From positions 1 to 27,732 of the IMG/VR virus record IMGVR_UViG_3300043406_000068: 27,732 bases of DNA, one strand, 5' to 3'. Positions 8,146 to 15,653 of the stretch are shown in pieces; within the stretch, counting starts at the first letter, position 1; each line of letters begins with the position of its first letter. The notes under the pieces are model-generated. The model was not told the DNA's origin and searched no databases. It saw nothing but the letters and a program-made list of their open reading frames with translations. The stretch is from a virus. Taxonomy: Duplodnaviria; Caudoviricetes. The position numbers and the translations under genes were made by a program.

Positions 8146-8427
8146 GTGAGCAGCAACAGACTATTCGGTGGCAAGGTTCCAATCCTGGGTAGCGGGAACC
8201 GTGTGGAGACCATGTTCGGGGTCACGGTGACGGTCGAGATGATCGAGTTCAAGTCGGTGCAGGGTCCGGAAGGATCCGGCCAGGCCATCGTGGCCCGAGA
8301 CGAGTACAAGACTGGGGCCAACGCGTCCACCATGAAGGACGCGGCGTCCCAGGCAGTGCAGCGGGCCATGAACCACATCGACGCGGTCCTGGTCGAGCCC
8401 GCAGAAGAAGCACCCACGGTCGGGTGA
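8146..8427 (+). CDS. hypothetical protein
   Basis: AGGAGG RBS before GTG 8146; stop overlaps the next start. Confidence 0.75.
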   Translation: MSSNRLFGGKVPILGSGNRVETMFGVTVTVEMIEFKSVQGPEGSGQAIVARDEYKTGANASTMKDAASQAVQRAMNHIDAVLVEPAEEAPTVG

Positions 8428-9344
8428 GCACAAGACACGTGTACCGGCCCCGCGCATCGGGGCCGGCGTTTCCTTGCGGGCAGTGTGGGGGGTCCGCATT
8501 CAACGGAGAGCTACACTTTCATTTGGAGGAAAACGTGCCATACATTCCGAGCAAGATCGAGAAGAAAAACTGTGCGGGGTGCGGGACTGAGGTACACGTT
8601 AGCCTCGAGACTCACAGGAACCCGGACGGTACGCATCATACATGTCCTGAGGACACGTGTCACGAGGTAGTATGCTTGTGCCACATGGGTAGCGGGTTCT
8701 TTTGTCCCGTTCATAACACGGGGACTGGGGACCAGTCCATCACCAAGGACGACAAGGGCAAGCTGCGCTACGCCCTGCTGCCCCCCGAGGCCCTGGAGGC
8801 TTACGCCCGCGTTACGGACGAAGGCGCCACCAAGTACGGGGAGCGCAATTGGGAGAAGGGCGGGGCCTACACCCGGTTGCTGTCTCCCCTGATGCGCCAC
8901 CTGGAGAAGTTCCGTGCGGGTGAGCGTGTGTCCACCGATGGTACCGACCACATGGCCGCGGTGATGTTCTATGCCGGCGCGCTTATCACATGGATGGCGC
9001 GCGGGGTGGGGTTGGATGATCGATGCAACCCGGTATACCCTCTATCACTTGATCCTGAGGCGATTGGGGCAGCGATTGGGGCACGCCTCAGTGAGAAGGA
9101 TTCGGTGTCCTACTACAACCAGCGCATCCGGAACCTGGTGGACATCGAGATGGCTCGGGTGCGCAAGGTGAAGAAGCCCATCGCTGGGGTACACCAGGGT
9201 CTTCGCATCCTGGTGGAAGAAGTGGGTGAGTTCGCCGCCGAGATTTCCCCCATCGGCGCAAGACAGAATGCTGTGAAGGAGTTGGTTCAGGTGGCAGCAA
9301 CCGCCATCGCGCTCGCGGCTCGCATCGACGAAGGAGTCATCTAA
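8424..9344 (+). CDS. Cys/His-rich + DUF5664 (dATP/dGTP diphosphohydrolase-associated) + MazG-like dNTP pyrophosphohydrolase fusion; putative MazZ equivalent
   Basis: KDDKGKLRYALLP..GATKYGERNWEKG..LMRHL..DHMAAV (~8745-8993); ILVEEVGE..KELVQVAA (~9207-9299); TAATG overlap with purZ. Confidence 0.8.
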   Translation: MSTRHVYRPRASGPAFPCGQCGGSAFNGELHFHLEENVPYIPSKIEKKNCAGCGTEVHVSLETHRNPDGTHHTCPEDTCHEVVCLCHMGSGFFCPVHNTGTGDQSITKDDKGKLRYALLPPEALEAYARVTDEGATKYGERNWEKGGAYTRLLSPLMRHLEKFRAGERVSTDGTDHMAAVMFYAGALITWMARGVGLDDRCNPVYPLSLDPEAIGAAIGARLSEKDSVSYYNQRIRNLVDIEMARVRKVKKPIAGVHQGLRILVEEVGEFAAEISPIGARQNAVKELVQVAATAIALAARIDEGVI

Positions 9345-10633
9345 TGGCACATCCTGTCCCCATTCTCATCATCCAGGGCGCGCAGTACGGGTCCGAGGCT
9401 AAGGGCATGGTTGCCTCAGCCATCGGTAAGCAGCGTAACATCGACATCGCTGTCCGAACCGGCGCCATCAACGCGGGCCACACGGTCTACCAGAGGGATC
9501 AGCAGGGCAACGAGCACATCGTCAAGATGCAGCAGCTGCCGGTAGGCTGGACCAACCCGCACACCAAGCTGGTGGTCGGGGCCGGCGCCTACATCCACCT
9601 TCCCACCCTGCTACGCGAGATCGACGAGGTGAACGCGATCACAGGTGAGGACATCACCAACCGCCTGTATATCGACCCGAAGTGCGGGATGCACACCGTG
9701 TCCCACGAGGCCAAAGCCTCACAGATGAATCGGCACGCCTCCATCGGGGCCACGGGTAAGGGGTGCGCCGAGTCTGTCATCAGCAAGATCCAGGCGCGTG
9801 GAGCCAAGGATCTGCGAAACACGTTCCACTACAACCACCCGTTCGATCTGAAGAAGTGCTTAACTGACACTTCGATGATGCTGAACGACGCCCACTCATC
9901 CGGCGAGTCCATCCTGATCGAGGGTACGCAGGGAACCCTACTGGACCTGCACCAGGGTCCATACCCCTACACCACGTCACGGATGACCACGGCGGCGAAC
10001 TGGGTGGCTGAGGCCGGCCTGTCCCCCGGCCTGCAGTACGACGTGATGCACATCATCCGTACGATGCCCATCCGGGTTGCGGGCAACTCGGGTCCTCTGC
10101 CTAATGAGGTAAAGTGGTCCGACGTGGCCCGTAAGTGGAACCTGCGCATGGATTATGTGAGTATGGGTCGCTTGATCCCGCAGGAATCCCTGCTCGTGTT
10201 CGACGCGGAGTGGCAGAGGATGGAGTCCACCTTGGGGATCCCCACCTCGCACAACCTGATGACACCTACCCAACGCGAGAATTGGAGCGAAGTCCTTTCC
10301 GTTCTGCCCAAGGCGGTCATGGATAAGCTGGAGGCCGACTTCCCCATTGCCTATGGCGACATCTCCAAGTATTTCGAGATGACTACCGTCACCAAGAAGC
10401 TGCGTCGGATCTCCAACCAGGCATGTACCGACGATCTGCGCCGGGCTATCAAGATCGACCGCCCCAAGTACGCGATTCTCACCTTCCTGAACTACGTGTT
10501 CCCGGAGCTGTGGGGCGCAACCTGGATGCCCACCAACCCGGACTACGAGGAATATATCCAGAACATGGAGAAGAGCCTGGGCGTCAGCATCATCGGCGTG
10601 ACTACCGGCCCCCGAGACGAGAATCTGCTGTGA
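9344..10633 (+). CDS. purZ: N6-succino-2-amino-2'-deoxyadenylate synthase PurZ (PurA paralogue)
   Basis: PurA fold motifs GAQYGSEAKG (Ser at the PurA Asp13 position), NAGHT, IGATGKG, EGTQG, PYTTSR, PIRVAGNSGPL, EMTTVTKKLRR, TFLNY, TGP. Confidence 0.9.
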   Translation: MAHPVPILIIQGAQYGSEAKGMVASAIGKQRNIDIAVRTGAINAGHTVYQRDQQGNEHIVKMQQLPVGWTNPHTKLVVGAGAYIHLPTLLREIDEVNAITGEDITNRLYIDPKCGMHTVSHEAKASQMNRHASIGATGKGCAESVISKIQARGAKDLRNTFHYNHPFDLKKCLTDTSMMLNDAHSSGESILIEGTQGTLLDLHQGPYPYTTSRMTTAANWVAEAGLSPGLQYDVMHIIRTMPIRVAGNSGPLPNEVKWSDVARKWNLRMDYVSMGRLIPQESLLVFDAEWQRMESTLGIPTSHNLMTPTQRENWSEVLSVLPKAVMDKLEADFPIAYGDISKYFEMTTVTKKLRRISNQACTDDLRRAIKIDRPKYAILTFLNYVFPELWGATWMPTNPDYEEYIQNMEKSLGVSIIGVTTGPRDENLL

Positions 10634-11418
10634 TTACAGTCGACGATCGCGAAGGCTCGGCCGAGATGCTGAGCCTATTTCGCGCTCGTGGCGTCCCCGC
10701 GCAACTCCGTAGGATGGTTGCGGGGGACGCCTCCTTTGAGGGCAACGGGCCTGAAGGCCGGGTCCATGTTGGCTTCGAGCGCAAGGCCGTACTGGACTTG
10801 GTTGGGAGTATGACATCGGGCCGGCTCGCCGAGAAGCAGCTTCCCGACCTTTACAAGGAGTTTGGATTTGCCTGGGTGATGGTTGAAGGCCGGATGCGCC
10901 CGAACCCTACCACAGGCGAGCTGCAGATCGCCAAGCGCATGGGGGCCTTGAATACCTCCAGTGAGTGGCGCAACCACAGCGAGGTTGTATACGGCAAGCA
11001 GGTACATGAGGCCCGAGGCCGGGTGGTCATGTTCCGGGACATTGACAAGTTCATCGGTACCCTGGCCCTCAAGGCGGGTGTGCTGGTGTGGCGAACCGAG
11101 ACCATGGACGAGACCGCCCAGTTCATATGCGACATGCGGTCGTGGTTCATGGACCCTTGGGACTCCCATAAGTCCCATTTGGCCTTCTACAACCCGAGGA
11201 TGCACACAGACCCGGCCATGCTTGCGCCACCGAGCTTGGTCCGCAGGATCGCCGCGCAACTCCCCCTCATTGGGTGGGAGAAGAGCAAGTTTGTGGCCCG
11301 GCAGTTCGAGGACGCCTACACCATGGTCAACGCGGACGAGGACGAGTGGACCAGGATTCCCGGGATCGGGTCCAAGATCGCGTCTGCGGTGTGGAGAATC
11401 TTGAGAGGGATAAGGTGA
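10630..11418 (+). CDS. ERCC4/XPF/Mus81-family structure-specific endonuclease with C-terminal HhH
   Basis: ITVDDRE, AGD, ERKAVLDL..S..GRL..Q, VEG, and HhH motif IPGIGSKIA. GTG 10630 overlaps the purZ stop. Confidence 0.88.
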   Translation: MITVDDREGSAEMLSLFRARGVPAQLRRMVAGDASFEGNGPEGRVHVGFERKAVLDLVGSMTSGRLAEKQLPDLYKEFGFAWVMVEGRMRPNPTTGELQIAKRMGALNTSSEWRNHSEVVYGKQVHEARGRVVMFRDIDKFIGTLALKAGVLVWRTETMDETAQFICDMRSWFMDPWDSHKSHLAFYNPRMHTDPAMLAPPSLVRRIAAQLPLIGWEKSKFVARQFEDAYTMVNADEDEWTRIPGIGSKIASAVWRILRGIR

Positions 11419-13976
11419 AGCCGCTAGAGGGTGAAGGCCCCATCCCGTCCGACGTAGTGTTCCTGGGGGACTACCCCGGATTCTGGGAGGTGAAGTACAA
11501 GCGTCTATGGGCCGGTAAGAGCGGGGCGATCATGGACTCGATGTTGTGGTCCAAGTCCCTGGATCGGTCTAACTACTTCTTCACCAACCTGCTCAAGTTC
11601 CCGCCCGAGAAGGAAGGCCACGTTACTAGAGAGGAACTAAAGCGGGATGAGAAAATGCTCCAATGGGAGCTGGACGCCTGCAACCCGTCTATCGTGGTGA
11701 CATTGGGGCGCAACCCCACCCGGACGTTCCTCGGGGATGTGGACATGGAGGCGGTACACGGTATACCCATCTTGGGGCAGGCCCTCGGGCACGCCGTAAC
11801 GGTCATCCCGTGCTTCTCGCCGGCTGCGGGTCTGTATAGTACGGAGAGTCTTAAATTCTCAGACTACGACCTGGGGCAGGCCGCTCTCGTGATCAAGGGG
11901 AAGATGCACCCGCAGACGCGCAGGGATGCCTACCCCAACCCCCTGTACATCGAGCTTACCTCGGTATCCGAGATCAGGGACCTACTCCCCAAGTCCGGTA
12001 AGATCTGGGTTGATACTGAGGGCTGGCCTTGGGACCCGTGGTGCCTGACCTTCACCAACGTTCCGGGCCAAGCCTATATGATCAGGGCTAAGAATGAGCA
12101 TCTGATCAATTATTTCGACCAGTTGTGCAAGGCCCGCAAGCTCCGGCTCGTATTCCACAACTCCATGCACGACGTGGGTGTGCTCCGGGCCATGGGGATC
12201 GAGGTAGATGCCGAGAACATCGACGACACTATGGTCAAGCTGTTCGAACTCGGGATCGAGCCACAGGGGCTCAAGCCGGCCTCACTACGCCATGCTTGCA
12301 TGGAGATGGATAGTTATGAGTCAGTCACGCAAGAGGCGGACCGTCGCATCGCACTGGAATTCCTTCAGAAAGTTGATGCTGTCGATTGGGGAGAGGCAGA
12401 CCCTATCCTCCATGTTGTTAAGGGGGTCCACAAGGTCAAGAAGCCCCAGGGCCTTAATCGACGGGTGTCCAACATTGTCCGAGATGTGGAGGTTGACAAA
12501 CGAAATAAAGATGGAGAGCCAGTGGATCCTCGCGACCGCTGGGAGGATGTTGAACCGTCTGTTAGAGGAGTTGCAGAAGAGCGATTCGGAAGAATGCCAT
12601 ACTTCACCTTCGACGCAATTCCGCTACAAAAGGCGATTCACTACGCCTGCCGCGACGCGGACGCCACGTGCCGGGTCGATCCCAAGGCGCAAGAGAGACT
12701 CGAGGCCCTAGATCTTGAGGGCGTATACGCCCTAGACATGTCGGTGGTGCCCCTGTTCGAAAGGATGCAGTCCAATGGCATACTCATTAAAAAAGGGTAC
12801 TTTGAGCCTCTTGGGGAAGAATTCAGCGACCGCATGGACGGTCTCCGTGAAGATATCGAAGCGTACGGTGGTGGTGGGTATCTTAATCCTAACTCATCAG
12901 ATCAAACCGCCCTACTCCTGTTCGATAAACTTCGACTCGCCCCGGTCAAGTACACCAAAAAAGGCCGCAAGCCGAGCACGAACGCGAAGACCCTCGAAGC
13001 CCTGAAGGGTGAACATCCTGTAGTACCTCTCATCGTCCAGTGGCGCGAGTTCGCGACCATGAAGAACCGATTCTGCAACAAGCTCCCGATCCACGCCTCC
13101 TACCACGAAGACTACCGGGTGCGCGGTAATATCCGGATCACGCGCGTCGCCACGGGCCGACCCTCGATGACCAAGCCGAATCTGCTGGCGATCCCCACCC
13201 GCACAGATGAGGGCGGTAGGATCAGAGACGGTTTTGTGGCCTCCCCAGGCAAGAAGCTCGCCTCAGCCGACTACAACCAGATCGAGATGCGGTACTTCGC
13301 CCACCTGAGCCAGGACGAGAATCTGTGCCGCATGTTCAACGAGGGTCTGGATGTCCACACCCAGACCGCCATGCGCATGTTTGGGATCAAGGAGCATGAG
13401 GTACACCCGAAGAAGCACCGATACCCAGCCAAGCGGGTGGGATTCGGCGTGATCACGGGTATCACAGGTTCTGGCCTTTATGACCAGATGCGCCTGGCGG
13501 GGATATTCGACTATGACGTAAAAGCGTGTGACGAGATCATCCGGGACTGGTACAAAATCTATCCTGGGGGACTCGCCTACATTGAAGCAGCTCGTGGTAG
13601 AGCTAAGCGGCAGGGATACGCTAGATGCGAAGGTGGTCGCATCCGCCTTCTTCCTGGCGTACACTGCGAAGTGTCGCAGATCAAGGAGGAGGCCCTCCGC
13701 CAGTCGCACTCGTTCGAGATCCAGGGTGGCGCCGCGACGATCATGAAGCGCGCTATGTTCCGAATTTGGGGAATCCTCAAGGACTTCTGGGAAGACGGCA
13801 TCGACATCGAGCCGCTGCTCCAGATCTACGACGAGATGATCTTCGAGTTCGATGAGGAGGTGGAGGATCTAGTTACACCCGTCATCATCCAGGCCATGAA
13901 GGCCGATTCTGGGAAGTATCGGGTACCCATCGAGATCGGATGGGGTACTGGTAGAACCTGGGGAGAACTGAAATGA
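11415..13976 (+). CDS. family A DNA polymerase with N-terminal UDG(family 4)-like domain and 3'-5' exonuclease
   Basis: UDG-like GEG..VVFLGDYPG..GKSG..TNLLK..VTLG..SPAA; Exo I DTE, Exo II HNSMHD, Exo III YACRD; motif A DYNQIEMR, motif B RYPAKRVGFG, motif C QIYDE. GTG 11415 inferred from GTGA overlap. Confidence 0.93.
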   Translation: MKPLEGEGPIPSDVVFLGDYPGFWEVKYKRLWAGKSGAIMDSMLWSKSLDRSNYFFTNLLKFPPEKEGHVTREELKRDEKMLQWELDACNPSIVVTLGRNPTRTFLGDVDMEAVHGIPILGQALGHAVTVIPCFSPAAGLYSTESLKFSDYDLGQAALVIKGKMHPQTRRDAYPNPLYIELTSVSEIRDLLPKSGKIWVDTEGWPWDPWCLTFTNVPGQAYMIRAKNEHLINYFDQLCKARKLRLVFHNSMHDVGVLRAMGIEVDAENIDDTMVKLFELGIEPQGLKPASLRHACMEMDSYESVTQEADRRIALEFLQKVDAVDWGEADPILHVVKGVHKVKKPQGLNRRVSNIVRDVEVDKRNKDGEPVDPRDRWEDVEPSVRGVAEERFGRMPYFTFDAIPLQKAIHYACRDADATCRVDPKAQERLEALDLEGVYALDMSVVPLFERMQSNGILIKKGYFEPLGEEFSDRMDGLREDIEAYGGGGYLNPNSSDQTALLLFDKLRLAPVKYTKKGRKPSTNAKTLEALKGEHPVVPLIVQWREFATMKNRFCNKLPIHASYHEDYRVRGNIRITRVATGRPSMTKPNLLAIPTRTDEGGRIRDGFVASPGKKLASADYNQIEMRYFAHLSQDENLCRMFNEGLDVHTQTAMRMFGIKEHEVHPKKHRYPAKRVGFGVITGITGSGLYDQMRLAGIFDYDVKACDEIIRDWYKIYPGGLAYIEAARGRAKRQGYARCEGGRIRLLPGVHCEVSQIKEEALRQSHSFEIQGGAATIMKRAMFRIWGILKDFWEDGIDIEPLLQIYDEMIFEFDEEVEDLVTPVIIQAMKADSGKYRVPIEIGWGTGRTWGELK

Positions 13977-14377
13977 GTCATGGTATAGCATCAGGGTCCT
14001 GTTCGTGCGAAGGATGTGAAGCAGAGAAGATCAAGGGCACACTATCGGCAGCGGTACTGATGACAACCGAGGCCGCAGTCGTAGACGCGTCCGAGTGTGT
14101 TCATTGCTTGGTAGTATCCATCAATGCACACAAATCTATGTGCTGCGTGTGCAAGGCTATTCTACCTCCTACTGGGGTAGGGATTAGCGTAAAGGGTCCT
14201 GAGATGTATCGCAACCCGTTCTACAGAGGAGATGGTGATGCCCAAGAAAGCGGAGCCGGCGGAGCCCTACACGAAGTTCGGCCTGACGAGCGCGTTCGCG
14301 AAGAAGACCAGGCGCCTGGAGGAGGTGAAGGCCGAGATCAAGAAGCTGGAGGAGGAGGAGGAGGAGCTATCAGCTGA
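13973..14377 (+). CDS. Cys-rich hypothetical protein
   Basis: ATGA overlap with the polymerase; CSCEGC, CVHC, CCVC. Weak codon bias; the 3' end overlaps the next gene. Confidence 0.4.
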   Translation: MSHGIASGSCSCEGCEAEKIKGTLSAAVLMTTEAAVVDASECVHCLVVSINAHKSMCCVCKAILPPTGVGISVKGPEMYRNPFYRGDGDAQESGAGGALHEVRPDERVREEDQAPGGGEGRDQEAGGGGGGAIS

Positions 14378-14597
14378 GATGTCCGTGTCGTTGATCAAGC
14401 ACAAGACCGACTTGTGCATGGTCGACGACATGCGGGTCCGCCTGTGCAACGGGGCCAACACCAGCATCAACAAGGGTCTGCTGCTCAAGAACGGGGTGGC
14501 GGTCGATGTGATCGAGCGATCTACCAAGCGGTCGGAGTACACGTACATCAAGATTACGCCCCCCAAGGGCGTAGATGAAGAAGAGGAGAGAGAATAG
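14238..14597 (+). CDS. hypothetical coiled-coil protein
   Basis: AGGAGA RBS at 14226-14231, strong codon bias, stop overlaps the next GTG. Confidence 0.75.
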   Translation: MPKKAEPAEPYTKFGLTSAFAKKTRRLEEVKAEIKKLEEEEEELSAEMSVSLIKHKTDLCMVDDMRVRLCNGANTSINKGLLLKNGVAVDVIERSTKRSEYTYIKITPPKGVDEEEERE

Positions 14598-15091
14598 TGG
14601 CTTACGAAGGATCCTGGCTTGGGGATATGACCCGCCTGACGTATGTACCTAGGTGGGCAATCGTCCCCATGCTGCGTCAACAGTCTGTGGGTGAGCACAG
14701 CTTCAGGGTAGCGGCCATTGCGTCTGTTCTGGCCCGCAAGCTGGAGTGGGACGTGGAGGCCAACCAGGTTGTGCTGCGGGCCTTATCCCACGACATAGAA
14801 GAGGCCAACTCGGGAGATATCCCCAGCACTTACAAGCACCACTATCCGGCTCTCAACCTCAACAATACTGATCTGGTGGTGGCCATTGCCGACAAGATGG
14901 AAACTCTCACCTGGTTCAATAACTGGAACAGAGAAAATGCCTCCAATAATGCCTTGAGAAGGCATAACGACATATACACCCACATCCAAAACCTGTTTGG
15001 GGCTGTCACCAGGGAGCTGGCCGCAAGGATGGACAAACCTCACAAAGAGATTCTAGAGCTGTGTGAACAAATCATGGAGGAGATCGAATGA
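14597..15091 (+). CDS. datZ: HD-domain nucleotide phosphohydrolase, DatZ-like dATP triphosphohydrolase
   Basis: VPRW..QSVGEHSFRV..SHDIEEANSGDIP..K..IADKME (YfbR/DatZ-type HD motifs). The DatZ role is inferred from purZ linkage. Confidence 0.75.
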   Translation: MAYEGSWLGDMTRLTYVPRWAIVPMLRQQSVGEHSFRVAAIASVLARKLEWDVEANQVVLRALSHDIEEANSGDIPSTYKHHYPALNLNNTDLVVAIADKMETLTWFNNWNRENASNNALRRHNDIYTHIQNLFGAVTRELAARMDKPHKEILELCEQIMEEIE

Positions 15092-15615
15092 GCAGGAAGC
15101 CCGAACCGGCCGGAAAGGCCGGCCCCAAGCCCACCAAGGCCGTCAGGAAGCCGGACCACGAACTCACTGTGGAATTCTCCCCCGTGGCTAGCGGACCCGG
15201 AAAGCCCAAGTGTGAGGCTCCTGTCACGTCCTATGCTGGGGATGCGGGTCGGGACTTGATCGTCAGCGAATGGGTGTCCGTTGCGCCCAAGCGCAAGGTT
15301 CGCATCCAGCACAATATCCGGGTGGCCATCCCCGAGGGATTCTTCGGGCTGATCCTCCCGAGATCCAGTACTTTCGACAGGCTAGGACTACTGATCAGTC
15401 CCGGTGTGATCGACCCCGGTTTCAGGGGGGAAGTCATGGCCCTAGCCTACAACCCCACCGAGAAGATCATCCACGTCAATGAGGGTGACCGTATTGCCCA
15501 GATCCTCATCATCCCGGTTGCTAACGCGGGGTTCGAGCAGGTAAAAGAACTCCCTGAAGGTAGCCGTGGCGAGAAGGGTTTCGGCAGTACGACCAAAGAA
15601 CCTCATCCCGCTTAA
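15088..15615 (+). CDS. dut: trimeric dUTPase
   Basis: All five motifs present: DAGRDL, PRSS, GVIDPGFRGE, GDRIAQ, RGEKGFGST. Confidence 0.93.
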   Translation: MSRKPEPAGKAGPKPTKAVRKPDHELTVEFSPVASGPGKPKCEAPVTSYAGDAGRDLIVSEWVSVAPKRKVRIQHNIRVAIPEGFFGLILPRSSTFDRLGLLISPGVIDPGFRGEVMALAYNPTEKIIHVNEGDRIAQILIIPVANAGFEQVKELPEGSRGEKGFGSTTKEPHPA

Positions 15616-15621
15616 TCCCGC

Positions 15622-15647
15622 CCCGGCTAAGAGCCGGATGAGCCGGG
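15622..15647. terminator. hairpin(s) between the converging arms
   Basis: CCGGCT (15623-15628) can pair with AGCCGG at 15632-15637 or 15641-15646, in the 38-bp gap between two stop codons. Confidence 0.4.
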
Positions 15648-15653
15648 ACTCGG

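Noticed and set aside
9344-10633. Ordinary host-like adenylosuccinate synthetase PurA (auxiliary metabolic gene)
   Set aside because: The catalytic Asp of GDEGKG is Ser, the TTVT/PYTTSR/TFLNY motifs are PurZ-type, and MazG-like and HD hydrolases are linked.
10423-11414. Long N-terminal extensions from the ORF track (10423, 11274; also 2252, 4068, 5796, 1414)
   Set aside because: They overlap upstream genes or the structured spacer. Family motifs begin at the downstream coupled or RBS-preceded starts (10630, 11415, 2285, 4125, 5871, 1813).
10115-12595. Inteins or introns explaining the PurZ and polymerase insertions
   Set aside because: No C/S..HN-C/S/T splice junctions or homing-endonuclease motifs, the inserts are short, and the frames are uninterrupted.
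14339-14370. (GAG)n microsatellite
   Set aside because: It simply encodes a poly-Glu run in a coiled coil.
11415-15615. Uracil- or hydroxymethyluracil-substituted genome suggested by the SPO1-like UDG-polymerase fusion
   Set aside because: An intact ThyX points to normal thymine synthesis, dUTPase argues against uracil DNA, and no dUMP hydroxymethylase is seen in this window.
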